Assembly: GCA_043817485.1 (NCBI GenBank)
Contig: JBDRGX010000078.1
Location: 1 to 41,062, forward strand
Direction of reading: 5' to 3'
From: a bacterium
GTDB taxonomy: Bacteria > JBDRGX01
DNA: 41,062 bases
The notes beneath the pieces were generated by a model that saw nothing but the letters and a program-made list of their open reading frames with translations, was not told the DNA's origin and did not search any database. A program made the translations under genes and the position numbers. Of the stretch, positions 1 through 8,916 are shown piece by piece; the first letter of the stretch is position 1, and each line of letters starts with the position of its first letter.

Positions 1-35
1 ATTATGGCGGCGCAGAAGGCTTTGCAGGAATAAAT

Positions 36-950
36 TTAGATAATTATGTTACTTTTCTTGTTTTTGGGGTTATTGCACAGGCTTTTTTCTACAGGCTTTT
101 CTAATACAATAATTTCTTCTTTCACTCTTTCTTTTTCAAATACAGAAAGTTCACTTTCTTTTTTAATCATAGTAAATAAAGATTCTTCTAATCTTAAATC
201 TCTAATTAACTTTTCTTCTTGTAATTTAAGATCAGGAGTATTAATTATCCGATTTTTTTCTCTAAATTCATATAAAATATTTTCTACATTTATTAATTTT
301 TTTTCTGATTCTTTTAATTGTTTTTCAATGAAAAATTGATTTTCTCTTGTTTTATAAAAATCTTGTTCTTTAAGAATTATAGATAATTCATTTAATAAAT
401 CATTCACTAAATTCTTCCCAAAATACGGATATTTTGTAACAAAAGATAAAGTAATTAAATTTCTTTTTGAATCAACTTTTATTGAAATTGATTTTTTAAA
501 AATTTCACAAACATTTTCTAATATTTCTTTTTTTGAAAGATTAAAATCTTTTATTTTAAATATTTCTGTTAATGTTTTCAATTTACAATCTTTTTTTTCT
601 AATAAATATTTTTTTTCTAATAATTGAATAATAATTTTTTCACTTCTTAAATTTCTTTCACACAAATATAATTGTACTTCCATTGCTTTAGAAAAAGAAT
701 TTCTTGCTTCATATTGCGAAACACCACTTAAATTTTCTAATCGTTGAATTTGATAAAAATTTGCTAAAGGCATAAAAACTGTTGTAATAGTATAAGAACT
801 ATTTGATATAAAAAAAAATAAAATAAATATAAAAATTGGCAACATAATTATAAATAGATAACAAAGTACTTTTCTTCTTTTTAAAATAATATTTACATAT
901 TTTAGTAAATTTATTTCTTCTTCGTTTATTTTTTCTTTTTCTAATGCCAT
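36..950 (-). CDS. Wzz/GumC-like polysaccharide chain-length determinant protein
   Basis: 304-aa ORF. N-terminal EEINLLKYVNIILKRRKVL is followed by a TM helix and a long coiled-coil-like region, which is the Wzz-domain layout. The start overlaps the stop of the upstream Wza-like gene by 1 nt (TAATG). Confidence 0.55.
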   Translation of the reverse strand: MALEKEKINEEEINLLKYVNIILKRRKVLCYLFIIMLPIFIFILFFFISNSSYTITTVFMPLANFYQIQRLENLSGVSQYEARNSFSKAMEVQLYLCERNLRSEKIIIQLLEKKYLLEKKDCKLKTLTEIFKIKDFNLSKKEILENVCEIFKKSISIKVDSKRNLITLSFVTKYPYFGKNLVNDLLNELSIILKEQDFYKTRENQFFIEKQLKESEKKLINVENILYEFREKNRIINTPDLKLQEEKLIRDLRLEESLFTMIKKESELSVFEKERVKEEIIVLEKPVEKSLCNNPKNKKSNIII

Positions 951-2974
951 TATTTTACATCCTTTTCTTTTTTTGATGGAACAATAATTTTACTTCCCAT
1001 ATTAGGTTTTTGAGGAAAAAACCATCGTCTTGCTTTTACAGTTTCTCCATTAGCAAAAACAATTATAATTCTATTTTTATCTGCTTTAACAGTAAATTCA
1101 CCTGTTTTTTTTATATAATAATTTACATCTTTGCCTTTTTTAAATAAGATAGATTGCGGATTCATTACTTCTCCTTCAACTTTAACCACACTTATTTTTC
1201 TAGGAATAAAAATTATATCCTCATCTTCTAAAACTATATTATCTTTTTTTAAATTTTTTTCATTTAACCAAAGAGGAATATCATTTATTTTTTTTCTTGT
1301 AAAAATGATTCCTTCTAAATATGCTGTTTCTTTTAAATTCCCAGCTCTTTTAATAATACTCCAAATCTGTTCTTTATCGTCTTTAAGAGAATATGTTCCA
1401 GGAAAATTTACTTCTCCTGTAATAACAACTTCTCTTTGTTTTTCCCATTCTGGTTTTTTTCTAATATAAATTATATCATAATCTTTAAGCAAAAAATCAT
1501 TATTTTGAGATAGTTTATTATAATCATTCCCTATCTCTACTAATATAATTTCTACTTTTTTATCATTATTTCTTCTAGAAATTTCTGCTTTTAATGTATA
1601 AGCACTGTCTTTTAATCCTCCAGCAAGTACAATTAAATTTTGCAAAGTCATTCCAGAAATTAAAGTATATTGTCCTGTATTTTTAACTTCTCCTTCAATT
1701 TGAACATACTCTGTTTTTTTAAAAGTATGAATGGAATAAATAATTACTTCATCTAATTTTTGTAAAAGATAATTTTCTTTTTCATCATTTTTTAAAGATT
1801 TTTCTAAAGAAAATGGAATAATTTTTTGAGTAAGATCTTCATTAGTTCTAATAATATCTGCTTTTTCCAGATAAGCATCTTTTAATATTCCTCCAGATTT
1901 TTCAATTAAATCTGAAACTTTCATTTTTTCTGTCAATTCATAAACAGATGGTTTTAAAATATATCCTCTTATATTCACTACATTTTTTCTTATTTCTGAT
2001 ATTGGAAAAAAAGAAATTACATCTCCATTAAATAGTTTTTCTTCTAAAAATACATCCAAATCTATATTTATTATTTTTCTTTCTTGATTTAAAAAAATTC
2101 TATCTATTTGTACTATTTTTCTGTCTGCTTCTGGTAATAATCCTCCTGCCATATCAATTAAATTTTTTAAATTTTCTTCTTTTTTTAATTCATAAATAGC
2201 TGGTTTTGTAATTTTTCCTTGAACAGTAACTAATAAAGAAGATAAAGGTACAAATACAGTATCTCCATTTTGCAATCTTTCATCTTCTTTTTTCTCTCCT
2301 TTTAAAAGATAATTATAAAAATCAATTGTTTTAATAATTTCATTATTTCTATAAAGAATAATTTTTCTAAGAGATCCTTTGTCAGAAGGTCCTCCTGCAT
2401 TATATAAAGAATTAAAAACTGTTGCCATAGATTTTAAAGTATATCCACCTGGAGATTTAACATTTCCAATAACAAAAACTTTTATTGATTTAAGTTTCCC
2501 AATAGAAACACCTAAATAAGTAGTACCATTTTTTAATCCCGAATAAACTTGAGAAAATTTTTGAATAAGATATAATTTTAATTTTTCTAAAGTCATTCCT
2601 AATACACAAATTTCTCCAATATTTTGAATTACAATAATTCCTTCTCTATTTACTTTAAAAGTATAATTTAATTCCACTCCTCCCCAAAGATTTACTATAA
2701 TTTCATCATCTGGTCCAATTAAATAATTTAAATCTACGGGACAATTTTCTAATGGTTCAAAAGTAGTAATTGATTCTTTAAAAATATTAAAACCAAAAGG
2801 TAAAATTTTTTCTTTTGAAATATCTTCTTCTATTATTCCTCTTTTCCTTAAAAAATTTTTACTTTCTTTTTCTAAATCTACTTCTGGTGCTCCAAATTTC
2901 TTTTTAATTTCTAAACTCATTAAAGATGAATTAAAAATAAAAACCATAATTAAAATTACTAATTTTTTAATCAT
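950..2974 (-). CDS. polysaccharide export protein (Wza/Poly_export family with repeated SLBB domains)
   Basis: The Poly_export-like segment (IGPDDEIIVNLWGG...REGIIVIQNIGEICVLGMTLEKLK) is followed by several SLBB-like repeats (V.V.GEV..PG.Y.L). The ORF runs to 3013, but the ATG at 2974 has an AAAGGA RBS and gives a signal peptide MIKKLVILIMVF. Confidence 0.8.
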   Translation of the reverse strand: MIKKLVILIMVFIFNSSLMSLEIKKKFGAPEVDLEKESKNFLRKRGIIEEDISKEKILPFGFNIFKESITTFEPLENCPVDLNYLIGPDDEIIVNLWGGVELNYTFKVNREGIIVIQNIGEICVLGMTLEKLKLYLIQKFSQVYSGLKNGTTYLGVSIGKLKSIKVFVIGNVKSPGGYTLKSMATVFNSLYNAGGPSDKGSLRKIILYRNNEIIKTIDFYNYLLKGEKKEDERLQNGDTVFVPLSSLLVTVQGKITKPAIYELKKEENLKNLIDMAGGLLPEADRKIVQIDRIFLNQERKIINIDLDVFLEEKLFNGDVISFFPISEIRKNVVNIRGYILKPSVYELTEKMKVSDLIEKSGGILKDAYLEKADIIRTNEDLTQKIIPFSLEKSLKNDEKENYLLQKLDEVIIYSIHTFKKTEYVQIEGEVKNTGQYTLISGMTLQNLIVLAGGLKDSAYTLKAEISRRNNDKKVEIILVEIGNDYNKLSQNNDFLLKDYDIIYIRKKPEWEKQREVVITGEVNFPGTYSLKDDKEQIWSIIKRAGNLKETAYLEGIIFTRKKINDIPLWLNEKNLKKDNIVLEDEDIIFIPRKISVVKVEGEVMNPQSILFKKGKDVNYYIKKTGEFTVKADKNRIIIVFANGETVKARRWFFPQKPNMGSKIIVPSKKEKDVK

Positions 2975-3170
2975 TACTTTTCCTTTCACTATTATAATAA
3001 TATTATTTTTCAAATGACATTTTCCACTTTTTAAATCGAGGAATATCGGCTCAACAATGTATTTATATTATTTAATTGATGCCAAATTCATCTCCCACAT
3101 TAAAGAAGGAAATGAATTAACACAATCTAATAAAAATAATTTAATTAAAAATTTTGTTTTTAGCAAATTT

Positions 3171-4355
3171 TTATTTTGAAGAATAATCGGTTCTATCTAC
3201 CATTGGACTTGTAGATAGGGAATACATTACAATATTTATTCCTAATTTAATACAAAGTTCTCTTACAGCATAAGAAGAATGTGGATGATTACCACTAGTT
3301 TCCATTAACCATCTACCAACAAGATCCATTGGAGTTAAAATCATTACCAATCGATTATTTATTTCTACACCAGTACAACGATAATCTTCTGGATTATATT
3401 CTTTAAAAGTTTGATCTGATGTTTGAGAATATGAAGGTAAAGAAGTAAATACATAAAAAGATTGAAAAACTTTATGACCAGCTGGAATCTTTTTTAAAGG
3501 ATATTCTGGAAAAAATTCTTTAGCAAAACCTTCAGCACTTTTTTGAAATGGAGAAGTATTTACAGGCCCCATACAATCATTAAACATTGCAAAACCACCC
3601 ATACCACCCATTTCTTTAGGTAAAAGATATTTTTTTAATCGTTCTTTTTCTTTATTAGTTAAACTAATACTTACATGTCCATAAAAAAGAATAAAAGGAA
3701 TTGTTTCTAATTCATCATCTAATAAATCAACTGCATTTCCTTCTATAGTACATCTTACTCCTGTTCTTTTATTCATTTCTTTAATCAATTCTGCCACTTT
3801 TATTGGAACAACATTATATACTGGACGGCTATTCCCATAATATGGATCTATCATTGTTGATGTCCATTTAACAACTGAAGATTTAAAAAATCCTTTAATT
3901 CCTTCTGGTGTAGAAATTATTTTAGCTTTTACTTTAGTAACTCCAAAATCTATATCTCCTTGTCCAATAGAAACTCCTTTTCCCATTTTTTCATATCTTT
4001 TTTCTTCTGTAGTTGAAATTTCCACTGCTTCTTTTATTTTTATTTGTGATTTCATAGAAGTAGTCCCTACCATTCCCTTGTTTTTAATATCTATTATATT
4101 TAATTCTGTTTTTACTTCTGGTTGCTGAATATCTTCTATTACTACCTTTTCTCTTTCTTCATATTTTGTTTCTGGAACTATTGCTCTTTCTTCATCATAT
4201 TTATTTACTACTTCAACTGGCAATATATCAACTTCTTCAAATTTAGGTAAAGAAGGAGGTAATTTAGATACAAAACACAATAAAAATATATGAAACAATA
4301 AAGATATAATTAAAGCTTTATTTTTTATTTTATTTAATTCTGTTCTTCGAGACAT
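3171..4355 (-). CDS. membrane-anchored DUF4159-domain protein with a TonB-like N-terminal anchor and charged linker
   Basis: The C-terminal ~230 aa match the remembered DUF4159 pattern (IPFILFYGH..., LKKYL...GGF..., FPEYPLKKIPAGHKVFQSFY, GVEINNRLVMILTPMDL, LGINIVMYSL). The N-terminus has one TM helix with an S-x3-H motif (SLLFH) followed by a Glu/Lys/Pro/Val-rich spacer. Confidence 0.75.
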   Translation of the reverse strand: MSRRTELNKIKNKALIISLLFHIFLLCFVSKLPPSLPKFEEVDILPVEVVNKYDEERAIVPETKYEEREKVVIEDIQQPEVKTELNIIDIKNKGMVGTTSMKSQIKIKEAVEISTTEEKRYEKMGKGVSIGQGDIDFGVTKVKAKIISTPEGIKGFFKSSVVKWTSTMIDPYYGNSRPVYNVVPIKVAELIKEMNKRTGVRCTIEGNAVDLLDDELETIPFILFYGHVSISLTNKEKERLKKYLLPKEMGGMGGFAMFNDCMGPVNTSPFQKSAEGFAKEFFPEYPLKKIPAGHKVFQSFYVFTSLPSYSQTSDQTFKEYNPEDYRCTGVEINNRLVMILTPMDLVGRWLMETSGNHPHSSYAVRELCIKLGINIVMYSLSTSPMVDRTDYSSK

Positions 4356-4439
4356 ACAAATCTCCTTTTCACAACATAATAGAATTCAACAAAATGAAAT
4401 TTTTTCTTACTATCCAATTTTATTATTCCACATCAAATC

Positions 4440-4734
4440 TATATATAACGACTTAAGTTAATTGGCATAAAAACTTAACTTTATCCATAAATACATTTGT
4501 TTGCATAAATTTTAATCCCTGTATCCCTGTACCTTTTCTCTTACATTTCGATATATATACCTTCTACAACAATGTCACCCCTTCGGGGTTTAATTGGTAA
4601 TTATTTAATAATTGCTATAATAATATCAGCCCTTCAGGCTTTAATATATATAACGACTTAACTTTATCCATAAATACATCTACTTGCATATTTTTTTTGA
4701 ATTGTTCGTTAACTATTTTTTGCCGTTATATATA
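4440..4734. repeat. 295-bp intergenic repeat, copy 1 (MITE-like or structured-RNA-like element)
   Basis: Near-identical to 8507..8801, with about a dozen differences by eye. Terminal inverted repeat TATATATAACGAC / GCCGTTATATATA. Internal direct sub-repeat (TATATATAACGACTTA...ACTTTATCCATAAATACAT) and two short GC hairpins (CCCC-TTCG-GGGG and AGCC-CTTCA-GGCT). Confidence 0.85.
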
Positions 4735-4795
4735 AAATAATTTAAAAATTGTAGATTAATCCCAATTATTTATCACTTTTATATTTTACATAAAT

Positions 4796-7700
4796 TTAAA
4801 ATTGCTGTTCAATGCTTATTTTCTTTGCTTTCTTTTTAATAGTTTCTAATAAACGACTTACTAAATCCTTTTTTATTTTTATTTCTTCTTTTTCTATTTT
4901 ACAAAACAAATCTTGATATATTTTTAAAGCTTTTTTGTTTTGATCCATATTTTCCCAACAACTTGCAATATAAAGATAAGCATTTATACTTGTTAAAGTA
5001 TTTGGATATTTTTCAATTACTTTTTGATACGCTTTTATTGTTTGTTCAAAATAAATTCCAGCATCTTTTTCATAAGTTTTAGTTACAGTAAGTTTATACA
5101 ACTTATTTGCTTTTTCTATTTCTTTTAAAGCTAATGCTTCTATACAATCATTTATTGATTCTTTTGCTTTTTCTACTTCTTTTGTTTTATTATATTTACT
5201 AATTACTTTATTATATTCTTGAATAGCAAGTTCATATTCTTTGTTATTAAAAAATAAATTTCCTTTTTTTAATTGAATTCTTGGAGCATCAAGATGTGAA
5301 GGAAAATGTAATAAAATTTTATCATAAGTTTTTACTGCTTCTATTATATTATTTTGTTTTTCATAACATTCAGCAATAGTTTCTAAACTATTAAAAACAT
5401 ACTTACTTTGAGGAAATAAATTAATAAATTGTTCATAAGATTTTTTTGCTTCTTCAAATTTCATTTGATTCCAATAAGATTCTGATAAAAAAAATCTTGC
5501 ATTTTCTAAAATTTCTTTTTCTTTGCTATATTTTTCTATTATTGATTGAAAAACAGGAATAGATTTTTCATAATCTCCATAATTATAAAATGCTTGACCA
5601 ATACTAAAATAAGCACAAGCTTTTAATTTTTCTTTTACATCTGGATTATCTATCACTTTTTTAAAATACTGAACAGCTTCATTAATATTTCGTTTCTTTA
5701 AAAACACAGAACCAATTTTATAAGTTGATTGAGAAGCATAATTTTTAACTTTAGAAAGTGAATTATAAATTTCTAAAGCTTTAGATTCATATTCTACATC
5801 TTTATCTGTAATTAAATTTCTGTAACACTCTGCTAATCCATATTTTGCATCATTTATTAAATCACTTCGAGAAAAATTATTTATTACTTCCTGATATTTT
5901 TTAATAGATACATCATATTTTTCTTGTTTTCTTAAAACATTAGCCAAAGATAAAATAATACGAGCTTTTATATTATATTTTTGAGATAGTGTTAAAGATT
6001 CATTAAAACTTTTTTCAGATTGTTGTAAAAGATTTTTATCTTCTTCTAAATTTCCTTTTTGCATTAAAAGCACGGCTTTTGCTTCACCTTCTGCTTGCAA
6101 AATTAATTTATTTATTTTTTCAATATCATTTAATTTTTGTTTTTGATAACATAAAGATAAATTATAAACAGATGGAAAAATAATATCAGAATTAGGATAT
6201 TTATAAATAATTTTTTCAAAATATTTTTCTGCATCTTGAAAATCATTTTCTATAAAATAACATTGTCCTATTTGATAAAAAATTTTATCACCAATTTCAT
6301 TACTTGCTATTTCATTTTCTAAACATAATTCATATTCTTTTTTTGCATCTTTATAATTTTTTTGATTATAATACAAAAAACCTTTTTTATATCTTACTCT
6401 AACTTTTGTTTTATCTCCTAATTCCTTTCTTGTTAAAATCTCATCACATTTTTTTAAAGCATCTTCTATTTTACCAGTTTTTTCTAAAAGATTTATAATT
6501 TGAAGTTCTGCTTGTCCAACTAATTCTCCTTCAGTTATTTCTTGAAAACATTTAAAAGCTTTATCTAATTGATTTGCAACATCATAAACTAAACCTAAAT
6601 TAAATTTTGCTTTTACTTTAACTTCATCATCTAAATTTTGTTGAGATAATATTTGAGTATAAAGAGAAATTGCTTCTTCTAATTTTCCTAATTCTTTTAA
6701 TACTAATCCAATATAAATTTGAGCGTCATATACATATCTTGTATCTTTATAATTTTCAAGTATTTTATTAAATTCTATTTTTGCTTGATCATATTCTTCT
6801 TTAAAATAATATATTTCTCCTATGTCTAATTGAGCTAATGCTTTAATTTCATTTTCTACATCACTTTCAATAATTTTTTTATCTTCATTAATAGCTAAAT
6901 TAATATCAATTTCTCTATAAATTTCACTTAATTTTATTTTTGCAAATTTATAAAAATTACTTTCTTTAGATATTTTCTTTAAATTATCCAAAGCTTTTTT
7001 AATATTATTTCTATCTTGAGTAATTAATTCAAAATAAACTAAACCTAATTTATAATAAACATTATCTATAATATAAGATTTGGGATATTTTGAGACAACT
7101 TCTTCTAAACTTGTAATAGATTTTTGAAGTTCTCCTTGTGTATAATAAATTTTTGCTTCTAAATAAATTACTTCATCTAAAATAAAAGTTTCAGAATATT
7201 TTTTTCTTATTTCACTAAGAAAATTTTTAGCCATTTCCAAATCATTTTTTTCAAAATAACATTTGCTTAAACCAATTAGTACTTTATCTGTTAAATCAGG
7301 ATCTTTTTCATAATCAAATTTTCCAGATATTTTGATTTGTTGTCCCTTATATAACTCATTATATTTCTTAATTGCTAATTCAAAATTTTCTAAAGTATAA
7401 TAACTATCAGCTAAAATCAATTTTGCATCATCTGCATATCTATGATTAGAATAATCTGGATTAATTTCAAAATATTTATAATTTGCTACGATAGAATTAT
7501 AATCTTTTAAATTAAACATACATTGAAACATTCTATATCGTGCTTCTGGAGATAAATCTGGATCATTAGGATATACCTTTTCTAATGTAATAAAACCATC
7601 TAATGCTTCTTTAAATTGACCCATTTTATAATAAGACCAAGCAATTCCATAATAAGCTAACTTTTCAGCTCTTGTATTTGGAAATCTTTTAATTACAATT

Positions 7701-8428
7701 TGATATTGTTCAATAGCTTTTTTATGCTCATTTTGACGCATATAAGCTTCTCCAATCTGAAATTGAGCATTACTTTGAAGTTCACTATCATTAGAATGTT
7801 GTATTAAATCTTTATAAATAGCTTCTGCTTTATCATATTCTTTTAATTCTCTATAACAAGCAGCCATTTTTTCTTTTACTTTATGCTCTAAATTAGAATC
7901 ATATTTTTCTGCAATAATCCATTTATGCTTATAAGATAAAACTTCTTTATATAAAACTAATGCTTTTTTTATTTCTTCAATATTAATTATTTCTTGTTGT
8001 TCTTTTAATTTTGCTTTATAATTATCTATTTTTTTATTCAATTTATTTTTTAAATCAAAATCTATTTCTTTTCCATAAATTGGAACTAATTTCTTATAGA
8101 TTTCAAATATATTTTTCAAAGAAGTATAATATATTTTTTTATCTTTATTTTTTTCTTTTAAAATTTCATATTCTTTTATTTTTTTTATTAATTTTTTCTC
8201 CATTTTCTCTTCAACAATTACTTTATTTTTTTCTTTTCTATTTAATTCAAAATATTGTTTTATAAAAGACTGTAAATCTGTATATTGTTCTATTGATGCA
8301 TTGTATTCCGAATGTTCAAATAAACTAGCAGCTTTTTCAGTTTTATATTTCAAATCAAAATGATTAGGAATATTATAAGATAAAAAAGAACTTACAGCAC
8401 AAATAACTAACCATATTTTAATAAACAT
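4796..8428 (-). CDS. very large tetratricopeptide (TPR) repeat protein, probably exported or periplasmic
   Basis: 1210-aa ORF with a hydrophobic N-terminus. It contains dozens of TPR-like 34-aa units (A.Y.IG..Y....Y..A...F..ii..YP.s....A.Y). Confidence 0.85.
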   Translation of the reverse strand: MFIKIWLVICAVSSFLSYNIPNHFDLKYKTEKAASLFEHSEYNASIEQYTDLQSFIKQYFELNRKEKNKVIVEEKMEKKLIKKIKEYEILKEKNKDKKIYYTSLKNIFEIYKKLVPIYGKEIDFDLKNKLNKKIDNYKAKLKEQQEIINIEEIKKALVLYKEVLSYKHKWIIAEKYDSNLEHKVKEKMAACYRELKEYDKAEAIYKDLIQHSNDSELQSNAQFQIGEAYMRQNEHKKAIEQYQIVIKRFPNTRAEKLAYYGIAWSYYKMGQFKEALDGFITLEKVYPNDPDLSPEARYRMFQCMFNLKDYNSIVANYKYFEINPDYSNHRYADDAKLILADSYYTLENFELAIKKYNELYKGQQIKISGKFDYEKDPDLTDKVLIGLSKCYFEKNDLEMAKNFLSEIRKKYSETFILDEVIYLEAKIYYTQGELQKSITSLEEVVSKYPKSYIIDNVYYKLGLVYFELITQDRNNIKKALDNLKKISKESNFYKFAKIKLSEIYREIDINLAINEDKKIIESDVENEIKALAQLDIGEIYYFKEEYDQAKIEFNKILENYKDTRYVYDAQIYIGLVLKELGKLEEAISLYTQILSQQNLDDEVKVKAKFNLGLVYDVANQLDKAFKCFQEITEGELVGQAELQIINLLEKTGKIEDALKKCDEILTRKELGDKTKVRVRYKKGFLYYNQKNYKDAKKEYELCLENEIASNEIGDKIFYQIGQCYFIENDFQDAEKYFEKIIYKYPNSDIIFPSVYNLSLCYQKQKLNDIEKINKLILQAEGEAKAVLLMQKGNLEEDKNLLQQSEKSFNESLTLSQKYNIKARIILSLANVLRKQEKYDVSIKKYQEVINNFSRSDLINDAKYGLAECYRNLITDKDVEYESKALEIYNSLSKVKNYASQSTYKIGSVFLKKRNINEAVQYFKKVIDNPDVKEKLKACAYFSIGQAFYNYGDYEKSIPVFQSIIEKYSKEKEILENARFFLSESYWNQMKFEEAKKSYEQFINLFPQSKYVFNSLETIAECYEKQNNIIEAVKTYDKILLHFPSHLDAPRIQLKKGNLFFNNKEYELAIQEYNKVISKYNKTKEVEKAKESINDCIEALALKEIEKANKLYKLTVTKTYEKDAGIYFEQTIKAYQKVIEKYPNTLTSINAYLYIASCWENMDQNKKALKIYQDLFCKIEKEEIKIKKDLVSRLLETIKKKAKKISIEQQF

Positions 8429-8506
8429 AATTATAACCCCTTTAACGCTTGCAAAATAAAAAACTTTTTTTTATATAGAAACTTCTTTAAAAAAAATTAC
8501 AATAAA

Positions 8507-8801
8507 TATATATAACGACTTAAGTTAATTGGCATAAAAACTTAATTTTATCCATAAATACATTTGTTTGCATAAATTTAATCCCTTATCCCATGTACCT
8601 TTTCTCTTACATTTAGTTATATATACCTTCTACAACATTGTCACCCCTTCGGGGTTTAATTGGTAATTATTTAATAATTGCTATAATAATATCAGCCCTT
8701 CAGGCTTTAATATATATAAAAACTTAACTTTATCCATAAATACATCTACTTGCATAATTTTTTTTGAATTGTTCGTTAACTATTTTTTGCCGTTATATAT
8801 A
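8507..8801. repeat. 295-bp intergenic repeat, copy 2
   Basis: Direct-orientation copy of 4440..4734, the same length and 4067 bp away. It lies immediately upstream (gene sense) of the TPR gene. Confidence 0.85.
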
Positions 8802-8916
8802 AGACAAAATAATCTTCATCTGAAATTACTTTTCAAAAAAACTACTTACCAATATTTGCTTATTTTCACTACATTTCATTATTTGTATAAAATTTAAAGT
8901 ACAAAAATTTTATAAA

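Noticed and set aside
1-35. The GC-richer first 35 nt (ATTATGGCGGCGCAGAAGGCTTTGCAGGAATAA) considered as the end of a plus-strand gene or a terminator.
   Set aside because: It is too short and is cut off by the window edge, so no frame or structure can be supported.
3014-3170. An imperfect inverted repeat AATTCATCTCC...GGAAATGAATT between the DUF4159 and Wza-like genes, considered as a terminator.
   Set aside because: The stem is AT-rich with a mismatch, the loop is 12 nt, and no T-tract follows on the gene strand. It is not distinguishable from background.
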